Below, in pieces: positions 38,263-50,596 of a DNA stretch of 64,000 bases. The stretch is from the NCBI RefSeq assembly GCF_964194025.1, contig NC_134476.1, forward strand, positions 17,484,001 to 17,548,000, read 5' to 3'. Under the pieces are notes generated by a model that was not told the origin of the DNA, ran no database searches, and saw only the letters and a list, made by a program, of their open reading frames with translations. The translations under genes were made by a program, and so were the position numbers. The first letter of the stretch is position 1. The number at the start of each line of letters is the position of its first letter. This DNA is from Convolutriloba macropyga. Lineage: Eukaryota.

Positions 38263-39135
38263 CTACACTCTTGTTCTTTCTCCCGAATATTTGCTAAGAC
38301 CTATAAAAATGATTTTCATTAGACTCAAGCTAAACTAACCTCCTCTCCAATATGCATTATAGTGGATTTAATGTCGATTTACAATAGATTTTTGGATCTT
38401 CTTCCTCAGTCACTTGCACTGGTTTCAATCATCTTGAATTTCATTAATTTTTTCAATGCTTTCAAGCCGAATAATCAAGCTCAAAGCTGGAGAGAGCTCG
38501 TTAAATTTCAACAAAAGTGAACAAAAATCACTTCGTTGAACGAACAACGCGAGTTTATTTTGACTTCTACTGTATAATTATCTCATTGTTTCAGAGCTCT
38601 AGTTTCAAGCAGCACCTTGCATCTTGGCACAACAACCAAATTCGAATGGCCCACATCAACTATCTTGTTCCCTCGTTATAAACGTTGGTTGGGTAGGGAT
38701 TTTCTAATTATCAAATCCAGGAATTTATTACTGTAATTGCCCCCTCATCGACTGATAACTTAACGTTCAACGAAAGCGAGCCTCAGGAATTTCTTATTCT
38801 GATTGAAGGCCTAACTAGTTCGACCTGGTTGGACAGCTCGTGGGACATCAGAAGCTTAATAGATGATCTTAGATCACGAGTTGTTTGGGGGCTTGTCCTA
38901 GGCTAGCGCTTCAGCTTTTTTAATCTAAATACAATGAAAATTTCCACTATGAAAAGCAAGTAACACTTTGATGATACACTAAATTGAAAACAGTCGATGA
39001 ATACCTACCACGTTGGAAGTCAGAGTAAGAGTACTCAAAGTCAAAATATGAAAGTTGAAGTCTGAGTTTGTGAATTTTATCAACTAGTACATGAAACCGG
39101 TTACTTCTTATACTTCTCCACCCCACAATTGTTCA

Positions 39136-41308
39136 TCACGTGAGAAGGACGTCTTCCTGGGGCAGTGATCTTCCCTTAACTCTCATGCCTTTTCTCATGC
39201 TTGAATCACGTCTCGGGGTCTTTGACATCGATGCCGGCGAAGCAGCCACCTCCTTCAGTTTGAAGATCGAGTTGAAGCAGGGCGAAGCTCCAAGAGATTG
39301 TGAAACGTCAGGTTGACTGATGACAGATCTAGACGAGAAGTCATTACTGTCATCCCGAGGAATCCTCAACCATTGAAAACGATTCCATTGCACACGCAAC
39401 ACTCTCTTATACAAGGCTGCTGGGTTTTTCAGGCAAAATCGATAGGAAAGGTAGGCTATGGACGTCAGCACTATAGCTGGTAAAAATCGCACCCCGACAT
39501 TGGACGGTCGAGTATAATATGCACTCCAATTAAAACGCATGTGCTGACTGATGGTTCCTTCGGCAAAATGACGAGAAATCCGCTCCATACTTTCCACATC
39601 CCCAATCTCCTCGGGCAGTTCAATCAGCTGGAGTCTTAGAACCTCTAGCATCTCCCCAAGAGCCTGATCATGAAAAAGCAGTGGGATTTTTTGCTACATA
39701 TTTTGGACTACACTTTCCTCAACGTAGCAAAAAAGGCGCACAGCAAAAAGTGTTGCTGGATATGGATCAACCTTCAACTGCTGTACTGACATTTTCTGGG
39801 GTCCGGGTACATGATTAGAATTCCAATGGGGTTCTCAAATCGTCCACGGCATGGTGACCGGCGCAAACTGCTGCGGCATTCAGAAACAATATAACCATTC
39901 TGCTTCAACCCATGAGTAAAAATGAAGAATTTATAGGCCGACAACCTGGCTGTAAACAGGTAAGTCGAACCGTCCAAATAGTCCGCAGTCTACTCTTCGG
40001 GTAGTACAACCAATTTTTTCGGTCACAATTTCAAGGCCGCAGCAGGTAGATCGAAAAACAAGCTGAACAGACAAGTGGCTTCACTCGTTCGAGACACACT
40101 CAGAATGGTCTTAGAGAAAATTTCAGACGGTTAGTTCCCAAGAAATAATTTTCTCTTCCGACGCTTCAGCGAGAAGGTCTTTCCTCTCAAAACTAAATTG
40201 TGAGACTTTTGGAACAAATATTGGGCGGCTGTAACTTTATCGCCAATAGGTTGCGGTGGAGTCACAGCTCGGTAGACATGGTACAGTCTGCTGGTGTGAT
40301 GAAAAGGGATATTCACGAGTACATTATTTCCCGTTTTGTTTATTACCGTAGAATCCACTAGCTCAAATCCGTAGTATGTCATCAGCTCGGACCAAGGGAC
40401 GGTTTCTGGCATCTTGTCAGTTTCAAACCTTCAAGGATTTTCAACAACACACGAATTAATCATCTTGTCAATGAAGACAGAGCTTCATCCAAAATGTATC
40501 CAAAGTTGTGCAACCCACTTATGAAAACAATAAGTTTGTCACGCAGTGCAATCAAAGTTTTGGAGTAGTTCAGAGTATTTCATCGCTGTTTAAAACCGGG
40601 AAGCTTCCTGAAAGACATCATGGTGAGAGACACCATTTTCAACCTATTCTTAATCTTGTTAAGTGAATAACATAGCAAATGAATCTTTCCCGGGTTTCCA
40701 AAATTATCGTCCTGACAGTTTTTTCAAGAAACTCGGCCTCACGTCCTGGCTCCGTAATTGCCTGTCTTGCACCACAAAAACCAAAGAATGTAAAATGGTG
40801 ACAGAATTTAGGACAGGGGCTAGAACGATGGCAGCTGCGGCTCCAATCAACGGTGGTTTCACCCATCGTCTTTCCCTACTGTGAGTGTGCAGACAATCAA
40901 TGACGAAACTTTAGGCCCGTATCCTTATCTCCGCTAGCACTCGAGCTATGTCGTCCATTTCACATTATATTTCTTTAAGTGCTGTATAGCTGACATTGAC
41001 ATAGCTCTTTGTCAGTTAATTGTTCCCATAAAGTTGCTGTTTGTAGTTGCCATTACGTTTTTCTGCTAATTTGAATTGAAATTCTTGAAAGGCAATGTCT
41101 AGGTGACTCTTGTTGATAGACAGAGGAATAGAAAAAGGGATGGCTATAAGCTATAATTACTATAATCCCTGGCTCTACCTATAATTACTGGCGTCTCCGT
41201 TGTGAATGCCGCTCCCGCCGTATGGTTGCAGGAGATACCGTCTGATTTTCTTGATTCCATCAGTCCCATCACGGCAATCGAAATCAGAATAGAGTTGAGA
41301 GTCGACAT
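39136..41308 (-). pseudogene. env-like fusion glycoprotein remnant
   Basis: Signal-peptide-like start MSTLNSILISIAVMGL (ATG 41308). RERR (40866-40877) is followed by hydrophobic WVKPPLIGAAAAIVLAPV. Also LMTYYGFELV..LVNIPF..YHVYRA and a C-terminal TM FLPAIVLTSIAYLSY. Multiple frameshifts. Confidence 0.7.
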
Positions 41309-41499
41309 TGTCCAGTTGAATGAATCCTTAACAGCCCGTCGTTAGTAAGATTATATAATTGAAAAGTGCTGCGCTAATTTGGTATTGAGTGGTAGCGCCT
41401 TCTCCCATTTCTACTAGATATTCGTCAATACCAAGCCGAATGACTGGCTGGATCTCCTGTCTGGATCGCCTTGCAGCGAACACCTGTTGGCTGATCTTG

Positions 41500-44400
41500 C
41501 GCTAATTTTTCTCGTCTAAGAAATGGTTCCTCTGCTGGTGCATTTTCAGCAGATACTGGTGCTTCCGGCCTGTTATCGACAGGCGAAACTTCCGCCGGTA
41601 TCCAATCGGGTTCCAGTACGTCTTGTTCAAGAAACAGTTCATCCAACTTCGGCACATCTTCATCGACCCGTTCGTTAAATCTCCTTCTCTGTACAATGCT
41701 TCGCATCCCGGCAAAAGCTCTGTCGGGCGTAGGTAAGGTTCCTCTTCTTCCATTTTCTCTTGGTCTACGCCTGGACTTTCCAGAAAAACTTCGGATCTGA
41801 GAGCAGTAGGTATCTTCTTTTCCTTCGTTCTCCAACTGTCGCCTTCTTCTAAGTACGGTTTTAGCAAACTGTAGTGCAGTATCCTCCATTTAGCCAATTG
41901 ACTTGGTTTCGCTACTTTGTAGATAATTTCAGAGGTTCGCTTTTAAACCACGTAAGGACATTACGACGGGAGGAATTTTGCTTTATGCTTTGAGTAAAAC
42001 CACATTTTGACCTGTTTTTCATATGGTTTCCCATAGACTTTCTTGTGGTGCTGATCTTTTTGCCTTCGCTGGTTCACTCATAAAGATTCATTACCTGATG
42101 CACGAGCCTCTCTGAATATCCTCCACAGATGTGTTTCTTGTTAGTTCTTCGTCGTGGGACTTCGAATAGAACAGTTCTATGGCACTCATGTCCATAGAAA
42201 AGGCTGAAGGGAATAACTTTTGTTGTCCTGCGAATTGTATTGTTGCAAATGAAACTTAAATAGGGTAATAGTCTATCTCTTGATCAATGATTTTCTGCAC
42301 GACACTTCGGGATCACGTCGACAATCACCCGATTATGCCTTTCGACTTGCCCGTTGCTTTGAAGGTGATATGGCGAGGTCCTAGTTTGATCATTTTTCAA
42401 CAGTCTGCAAACCTCCAAAAAGAGCTCAATCCCGAGTTTTTTCCTTGATCCGTGTGGAGTACGTCAGGTTCACCAAATCACAAAAACCAGCTTTCCACAA
42501 TCTCCTTTGCTACATCAGGTGCTCCGGTACCCTTCAGTGGGACACTGGCCACATACTTCGCGAACAAATCTGCCAGTACCAATATGTGTTCGGCTCGCGT
42601 ATCGTTGGCTATCGTAACTTTACACAATATATCTGCTGCAACCTTTTGAAATCGTATTCTAAACTTAAACTGTACGACTCCTATGTCCTCTTTTTCACAG
42701 CTGTAGTCCTAGCTGCACATGGTAGACACCGAGCAAACATCTTTTTGACATCTTGTCTCGTGTGTGTGCCACCAGAAACATGACGGATCCTTCTAAACGT
42801 CTTCTCTACAGCAAAGCGCCCCTTACTGACTGCTGATGCGTGCAACTGAACCAGAATTTGCTTCCGGCCAAATACTGGGCCAACAATTTGAAGGATTAGG
42901 CGTTGTCTGTCCCATCAATACTATCGCCGGTGAAGAATGCCTTTACTCAAAGTGAGTTCGCTCCACCTAGACCAAAATGCCAACACTCAAGATCTCTTCT
43001 GGGATTGTGGGGAAGCGACAGGAAAACTCTACTAAAATTTTCATCCTCCTGCTGCTTTTTCTCTACACTAGATTAATGCTTTCCTATCCAGTGCATCTTA
43101 CTCCGAGTCGGAGACTTTGCCTTCTTCTTCTCGGGCCATTCCGGAGAATTTCCGTGTTCTTGCCAAAGTTATTTCGAGGGACACAAGCTCAGAGCAGCTA
43201 CCTGTCAATCCTTCTCTCCATCCAGCAAATCAGTCTGGTTCGTCTGATGTGCGTCTTGATAGACCGTCAGCATTGCCACATTGATTTCCTGCTCTGTGCA
43301 CAAATGTGCGTTCAAATTCCTGAAGCCTTCGAATCATCCGGAATATCATCCCATCCGCATCCTGTCCAAACATCCATCAAATACATCCGTGGTCAGTTCT
43401 TAGGACTTATGGAACGCCCATCCAAAATGGTCGGTACCTCTTCTGAGCTTGTATTACCACCAAGGCGTCTCTTTTGGTGGTCGAGTACATCATCTCCGTC
43501 CTGCTTGAAACTCTTTAAGAAAATACCAGGGATCGATCCACTGCATTGATTTTGTTCCACTCCACAATGTCATCAACACTTCCTTGAGATGCTTCAGGTG
43601 ATCCTCTGCCTTCTGGCGTTGTCCAGGAAGATGATGCTGGTTTGGTAGAAGCTCTACTATTATAGCTTGTTTATAATTGTTGGATGGTTGGGATGTTGAG
43701 GGTCCATCGGACAGACAAAATGGCATTCGGATATACTCATACAATCCTCCGTCTGGCGTCACCAAATCATTCTTCTGTCTATGATTGGCGGATACCGGGA
43801 CCTGACAATACCCAATTGCTAGTTCTACAGAAGAGAAAAATGTGTTTCAACTCAGGGCATCAAACACTTGGGTTTGGTTAGAAATCGGAAAGGTATCCTT
43901 CACGGTGACATCATTCATTTTTCTATAATCCCCACAGAGCCTCCAGCTACCGTCTCTCTTTTTCTGTAGTTATATTGGGGCACTATATGGACTTCTTGGT
44001 GGCTCTATCACTCCTCTCTATGAAATTTTTCTAATTTTATCCTGGATTATTGGTATCCTAGCTGGTGAGATTCGGTGTGGCAGTGCCTAGATAATTTCAC
44101 TATTCCATGTTTCCATTCCATGCTGGACCACATCGGTTGATCTCAGCACGGAGTCATCTTAGGAAAACAGGTCTCTGTTTTTGATGACAAGGTCCTCGCA
44201 GAGCAATACTGTGATCTCCTCGTACTTCTAGGGCACATGTCTTCATGATCTGCTCGGCTTCCTGCTGAGGTGAACTTAGAGGATTAACAAATTCACCAGC
44301 TTGCATTTTGAAACCACCCCCTGAATTTAAACAAGAGTTTTGTTGACTTCTATTCACCCTCTTCTTCTTCTCTGTTGAGTGTTAAATTGTCATCGTTTTC

Positions 44401-44841
44401 ACCACCATTGTCATAGCATTTTCCAGGATCTGATTGACCGCTTCCTTCGTTTTCGCGTCATGCGTTATCATTCTGCCATGTTCCCCACAATTTTTCACTG
44501 TTCAAGGAGATAATAGCTGCGGCTGTCCACAACTGGTTGGTCTGCAATTTGATTACACACTTATATTTTTGTAGATCCCTAAGTCCGGGAATCATTTCTG
44601 TTTTAAGCCCATCAATTATTAGTACTTCGCACTCATCATCGGTGCCATCCATCTTGAGATGAATTGTTTCTGATCCTCTAAAGGATACATACCGACTATC
44701 AGCTGCCTCTAGGCGTCCACAATATAGCATCAATTTTCTCGGTTTCTTAAGATTCAAATGAAATGTGAAAGGTCTACTCTTATTGCTTGAAGCTCCTTTG
44801 TCCACCAAAAATTCTATTGGAGTCCCGTTCACTTCACCCAC
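41500..44841 (-). pseudogene. pol remnant (protease, partial RT, integrase)
   Basis: FLVDKGAS (mutated DT/SG), LYEYIRMPFCLSDGPST, SPYHLQSNGQVERHN and HYSLLKPY. Many stops; part of RT/RNase H appears deleted. Confidence 0.85.
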
Positions 44842-44979
44842 AACTGTATTGCTTTCATTTCGATTGTCCAGTTCTCCCTTCCCTGCAACTTAAGGTTTGA
44901 ACGACTCTGGTTCCTGAAGTTTGTTGACAGCTCCTACACTGTTTGAAGTGTTACGTTTTTTAGATGGATCTGGTTTGAT

Positions 44980-46054
44980 TTAAACCGGGATGAAGCATTC
45001 TCTCCTAATTTCCTGGATACTCCATGCCCGTCCTAGTGTAAATGGTTCTGTTTTGGATTCAGTGCATTCCCGTGCGAGGTGTCCCATCATTGAGCAATTG
45101 TAACAGCGGACTCCTTGCTTTTGTGTCCGGAACTGCTTCCTATCGGCGTTGGCAAAGTTCTGGCCGTAGAGACTGTTTTCGGGGTACGGATTGAACAATC
45201 AGCGCGGGTTGCCGTCTTGGTCTCCTATTGTTTCGTTTCGTAGTCCGGGGATTACCGAGTTGACAAACTTACTCTTCATTTCTGACATTTCTTGGATCAT
45301 GTCTGCCTAGTTTTTCAACTGTTTCTTCATTTCGTCCGTTCTTGCCTTCATATCGGGTTCCAATTGTCCACATGGAGCTTGAACATGATGTCTCTCCACA
45401 AGTGGTCTGACTGTTGAAGGTACTTGGTGGCTGCCAACCGCCTGCGCTGCCTCAGTCAAGATCCTCGGCTGATCGCGTCGATATTAAGAGCCCTATGAAC
45501 GTCATCATTGAACGTGTTGTGGTCAACCCGCAGAAAAAATTCCTGTATCTCCAGATCAAACAACCCATCAGTGAACCGCTCTCGGTTCCTGTTATCCTCC
45601 ATAATTTTATTCATTGTGGCATTTGAATTTTTCAAGCAACCTCATTCGTCTGTAGAACTCTCGAATGTCCTCTCTGTCGCCCTTGGCCGAGTTTTTCAGC
45701 ATTGTTATTGCTGTCCTGCGATTCCTGTAGGGTGACATCCTCGGGTCCAAATACGTAATCATCTTTGCAAGACTTGGAGTGGGTTGGCTTTGTTCTCGAA
45801 TGCGATAGTGCCGGGGCATAGCATTAAGCTCCTGTATCGCCCTAGCAAAAGGAAGTTTAGGTACTGTGCTTCGAGTCTCTTATCTTTCCAACCATGTTTA
45901 TCCATAAGGTATGAGAAGTGGGCTTTCCATAAAAATGAGTCTGAAAACAACCCCGAGGGGAATCTCTCAGGCCTGCCAACTGAGTTGTTGACTGCCAAAT
46001 GGTTTTGAGCCACAACCAAAGCATCCGCAAAAAGTGTATTTCGTTCTCAATCAT
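44980..46054 (-). pseudogene. gag remnant
   Basis: PERFPSGLFSDSFLWKAHF capsid-like start and zinc knuckle CYNCSMMGHLAREC (45064-45105). Confidence 0.8.
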
Positions 46055-46146
46055 TGCTTATTTGTGATCGCAGGACTTCTTCGTCTTAAACTGATTTCCG
46101 ATTACTCTTCTCACTCAACTGGTGCTAAGTGTACCTGATAAAAGCT

Positions 46147-46165
46147 AGCCCACCCGGGAACGCCA
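46147..46165 (-). promoter_or_regulatory. Primer binding site, tRNA-Asn-like
   Basis: Minus-strand TGGCGTTCCCGGGTGGGCT lies 1 nt inside the 5' LTR. Its complement AGCCCACCCGGGAACGCCA resembles the metazoan tRNA-Asn(GTT) 3' end as recalled (AGCCCACCCAGGGACGCCA). Confidence 0.7.
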
Positions 46166-46166
46166 C

Positions 46167-47286
46167 AGTAGAATTTCGAATGTACACTAGGTTAATAATC
46201 GGGGAGACACTACCGCTCGAAATCCTAATATAAATGGTCTATGGCTTAATTTTGGCAGAAAATTTTTCTTCAAATTCTACTCACAATGTCCCCGGTTTGC
46301 TCTGCCTCCGGCTGCTCAAAAGTAAATTGATGTAATTCGAAAGAAAAGATAAACAGATTCGGGACTAAACCAATCGGATTTTAAGCAACAAAAATTATTT
46401 CAATTCATTAACACAATTAGGTAATCATAAATGGAATTTATCAAAAGAACTTAATCTCTCTACTTAATTTCACCAAGCCAAGTTGTCCATTCTAATATCA
46501 GCCTAGCAAATCTCTCGTTCTTGGTTCTCGATTTTCTTTATGTAAGTCTTTTTTCTTCTAAGAAAGACCAATTTTACACGACAATATTTACTCTCTCTCT
46601 CAATGTCAGAGTGATTTTGAGTTTTCTACCACTCCGATGTCTTAGCAAACAATCGTGGTATTTTACTCTTCCATAGCAACTATTCGAATCACCACGTAAA
46701 CGAACGCGTGAACAACAATATTGTTCAAATCGCTGCTATTGACTGCAGCAAATGTGTGTCCCATACGTAACGTTTGTTATGACCTCAAACGATCAATTAA
46801 AAGCCCTGAACGTCTTCTTTATACATTCTTGACTTCTACTCAAGCTATTCAAACGAAAAAATGCAGTCTCAGTCTTAACACGCTAGCAACTAGTCAATCG
46901 GTCATCCACTCAATTAAAAAGATAACTACTTTGGAAGTTTAAAGTCGCCCACGGTATCTATGAAACAGATTCCCAAAAATAACAACAATTGAACTTGCCC
47001 CAATGTATGTACTTACTCCCTACAATCTTTGATCAAGCTGAGGTAAATACTGGATGATAACTAGTTCTTATAAAAATGGTACCACTCAGAAAATCAATAT
47101 TGCACCCATTGAACTTCCAATATCGCCTCCTTCATTCCATAGAAGTCTAGTTTGCCAAATGGCTTTGAATGACAAGCCAACATTCTTACCAACAAGTTGT
47201 AGGAAACTGATTTTCCAAAACTAAAAATCTATCACTTTCAATTGCGACACTTTTGTGATAAAAAGTAGGATTACTCAATATCTACA
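46167..47286 (-). repeat. 5' LTR (with ~240-bp extra segment ~46445-46685 relative to the 3' LTR)
   Basis: AGTAGAATTT...AATATCTACA; colinear with, but diverged from, 37380-38252. Confidence 0.85.
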
Positions 47287-48005
47287 GCATTTTAACAGAT
47301 CTGATATTTACCGTTACTAAGAGGAAAGAATTTGAAAACCCTCTACTAGTTGGCTTTTTGAAATTTCAAATAAAATTTGAAGTTTGAATGATAAGTGACT
47401 CTGTTCTCATGAATATTAACAGAACCAAGTTGTGATCAGACAATTTTTTGATTTGACCTGAGTCTCATAATGCAAACAAATTAGAGTCACACATAAACAC
47501 GCCATTAGGGTTAGTCTTTGGGCGCCTGTGCTATTTAGCTAGCAAAAGCGTCCAGATAATTTTTTACATCGAAGGGGAACTCAATATCGGTTTCGAGTAA
47601 CATGATGTCTTCGGTAAGATAAATGTTCAAATTAATAAAACTACTTCCGTGGTTTTGCCAGGAATTTTGGTTTAGCATCAACTCTATTGGCTCTGTGAAC
47701 TGTGAATTTGCTAAATTTTGCCTATTTCTGCCTTCTTTAATGTTTCTTTTTGTCTTGTCTAACATTGGAAAGCTGTGCAACTATGGTTTTTACCAAGCTA
47801 TACCAATTTTTCTATAGTTTACTTCCATGAATCCGCAAGTGCCGGTCCCATAGTCTTTATTTTGTATGATTTGTATTGTATGACCCTGTTATTACTAGTA
47901 AAAAATGGCGACAGGGAACAAAACTGTAGTTTGTTTTTGTTTGGAATCTTTTACAAGCTTGGTTTTTTAACATGCTATACCAGTTCTCCTAGAGTTTAAC
48001 TCAAC

Positions 48006-49043
48006 AACTCCTCCACAGCCGGTCCGCAGCCCGAAATGAAAAAGGAGGAGGGAAAAAACCACTCAGAGCATGTTGGAAAATGTCAAAAATTCAGTTTTTA
48101 ACATGACTTGAGAAAATTTCTGACAAACTTTTTATATAAAATTTCCTGCGACCGACAGCAATGGTAACACCTAGCTCGGCTCACGAAAAATCGTTATGAA
48201 TTTAATCTAATTCAGACAAAAATTCGATGTTTGATTCAGAGTTTGAATCAGAGTCTGGATCACTGAATATCAGAGCAAAATATGAAATGAACAGACTCTG
48301 AATCAGACCGTGAATCAGTACTGAACTGTTTCTGAAATCAGTTCTGAATTTTTCTGACAGCTAGGTACGGTTCATGTATGATAGGTATTAAAACAGCGAA
48401 ATAAATATGTAACAATGATCAGTTATTTTTTGTTAGAGAAATCCTTTCAGATCGAGTCAGTATTCAAATATTCCAAATCAATTCGTATTAAATCAAATAA
48501 TGTGGACGCAATTTTATTCTAAACTGGGACATAAATTTGAACCTAATACTCAAATAAATTGCACCCCAGGTCGAGGTGTGCGTTAATGATGAGACAATTA
48601 AAAACGCACAGGGGGGGAGGGGGTAAATTGCGTTTTTGATTACATGGACGAGTGCCATATTAAAGTCTGTCTACATGAACGAGCTTCCTAGTCAAAGTCT
48701 GCCTAAAGTCTGATCATTAACGAGCTAAAGTCTGATCATTAACGAGCTATATTCTGACCATTAACGAGCTAAATTCTGATCATTAACGAGCTAAATTCTG
48801 ATCATTAACGAGCTAAATTCTGATCATTAACGAGCTAAATTCTGATCATTAACGAGCTAAATTCTGATCATTAACGATCTAAATTCTGATCATTAACGAG
48901 CAAAAGTATGAAATAGGTCAAATACTGTCGGAAAAAATCTACAGTTGAACTAACGAACAACTTTTTGAGATTTTCCAGTATGTTTTGGGTGTGTTCCCTT
49001 CCTCCTTCTCTCAACCGGGCTGGGGACCGGCTACGGCGGAGTT
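48006..49043. mobile_element. Non-autonomous DNA element with ~120-bp imperfect TIRs and nested repeats
   Basis: aactcctccacagccggtccgcagcccg..aaggaggaggg..tggaaaatgtcaaaaa at 48006 matches the reverse complement of ~48925-49043. Confidence 0.65.
48704..48901. repeat. 22-bp minisatellite, ~9 units
   Basis: Unit TAAATTCTGATCATTAACGAGC. Confidence 0.92.
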
Positions 49044-49624
49044 ACAAACAAACAACTATAGGAGAATTGAGCAGAGCACTAGCTAAAAAAACTAGGCTCG
49101 AAAAGCTCTCTCCAAAACAGAAACACAAAACAGACAAAGTAATATATAATAAAGCAGACAAGGAGGTTCGTTAATGTGCGATCATTTCTACTTAAAGTTC
49201 AATGTTTTCTTCTTTTTCCCCCTTTCATATGTACCTCAGAAAAATGGGGTAAAAAGTAGGAGATTGGACACATTAATTATATTTGAAAACCATTCTTAAT
49301 ACAAAGCAACGAACGATTCCATGAGTTGCTAACGTGACGTAGATTAGTTGAAGTATGTGAGTCGATGGTTCCGGGTTCCGTCTCTCGCGGTAAAGACCCC
49401 CCCCCCCTACTGTTTCCATTGTTAAACCATTAGATCAAAACTTTTAATTGAAACCTTACATTTCTATATTCTTTATAGGTATTCCATTGTGATAAAATTT
49501 GATAAACTAACGACAGAAGAACCTTTTTCTCACCTTCAGCGCTCTTTTCGCCAAACTTTAACGGTTGCCATCTCCAAACGGGATAAAGTTAGAGTAAAAT
49601 AAATTTTAAATTAATTTTCACGCA

Positions 49625-50596
49625 TCAATTTGGTCTTACAAAACGTCTCATCAAATAATCAATAAAGAGCTGATCGCGTCCAGGAATTTTATGAAAAGAA
49701 ATACTTTCATTAGAGCAACACGTTTCTGTAACAATTTTGTTCAACGAGTATTTATAGTAAGCGCGCTTTCTGTCCACAGGAAGAAAAAACTCATCTTTCA
49801 CTCCTAGAGCGTGAAATAATTCTCTGCCTCGAGAGTCCAAACAGTCTTTGACCAAAGTGATTCCTGATTCATCAAGACATACTCCCAGGCACATATCATC
49901 CCCATGAGTCTTCAAACTCGCATTTGGGCAATTCTGACCAGATTTGAAACCAACTTCGACCAGTCGTTTCAGAGCTGCACTTCCGAAAGCGTATCCGGCT
50001 CCACCTTGTGGATAATGTCCCCTGTTGATACCATTCGTCATAACTTTTCCATACCATTCAAGTTTTGTCGCATCTTTCTTGTACAAGAATCGTCTCAAGT
50101 TGTCCATAATGACGTAAGTATCGTCGTCTGCTTTGAAAAACCAGTCGAATTTGTTCAGGTATTTTGAGTAAACCCATTCCAGAGTTCTTCTCGACTTTGC
50201 CCAAATTTCGTTCGACCCTTTTCTGTTCGTTACTTTGATCGTTGGAAACGTCGTATTAATTTCATCGCTGACAAATAAAGTTTTATTGCACAGAAAAGAC
50301 CAAGTTTGCTTAACATACTTTGCTTTGGTTTCTAAATTACGAGGACATGTGTGAATAATACAAAGAATTTTCACATCTCGCCATAATTCTTTTTGATCTA
50401 ATTTTGTATCTTTTCCGTTCAATTTTGACAGTTTTGAGGTTAAATTCACACTAGATCCGATTTTGTTGAAGTAGACGTTTTCACGCAAGGAATATACATT
50501 TTGTTTATATAAACTCGCCACAATTAGAATAATGGTAAGCAGAATAGTTATAATCAAATGATTCGTGTTTTTTCTAAAAGTGTCAAGTACCATCAT
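49625..50596 (-). CDS. C1GALT1: Core 1 beta-1,3-galactosyltransferase (T-synthase)-like, GT31/Fringe-like family; type II membrane protein with intronless CDS
   Basis: 323 aa with an N-terminal TM anchor and the motifs KILCIIHT, WFFKADDDTYVIMDNLRRFL (DxD), YPQGGAGY, DDMCLGVCL, CCSNESISFH. The symbol denotes family likeness; orthology is unproven. Confidence 0.88.
   Translation of the reverse strand: MMVLDTFRKNTNHLIITILLTIILIVASLYKQNVYSLRENVYFNKIGSSVNLTSKLSKLNGKDTKLDQKELWRDVKILCIIHTCPRNLETKAKYVKQTWSFLCNKTLFVSDEINTTFPTIKVTNRKGSNEIWAKSRRTLEWVYSKYLNKFDWFFKADDDTYVIMDNLRRFLYKKDATKLEWYGKVMTNGINRGHYPQGGAGYAFGSAALKRLVEVGFKSGQNCPNASLKTHGDDMCLGVCLDESGITLVKDCLDSRGRELFHALGVKDEFFLPVDRKRAYYKYSLNKIVTETCCSNESISFHKIPGRDQLFIDYLMRRFVRPN

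Larger units (their letters stand above)
37380..47286 (-). mobile_element. Decayed Ty3/Gypsy-type LTR retroelement with env-like third ORF
   Basis: Two LTRs, PBS and PPT. Gene order on the minus strand is gag (CCHC) - protease - RT - integrase - env. Confidence 0.9.

Noticed and set aside
42977-43549. 190-aa plus-strand ORF
   Set aside because: Antisense to the Gypsy pol remnant; no independent coding signal.
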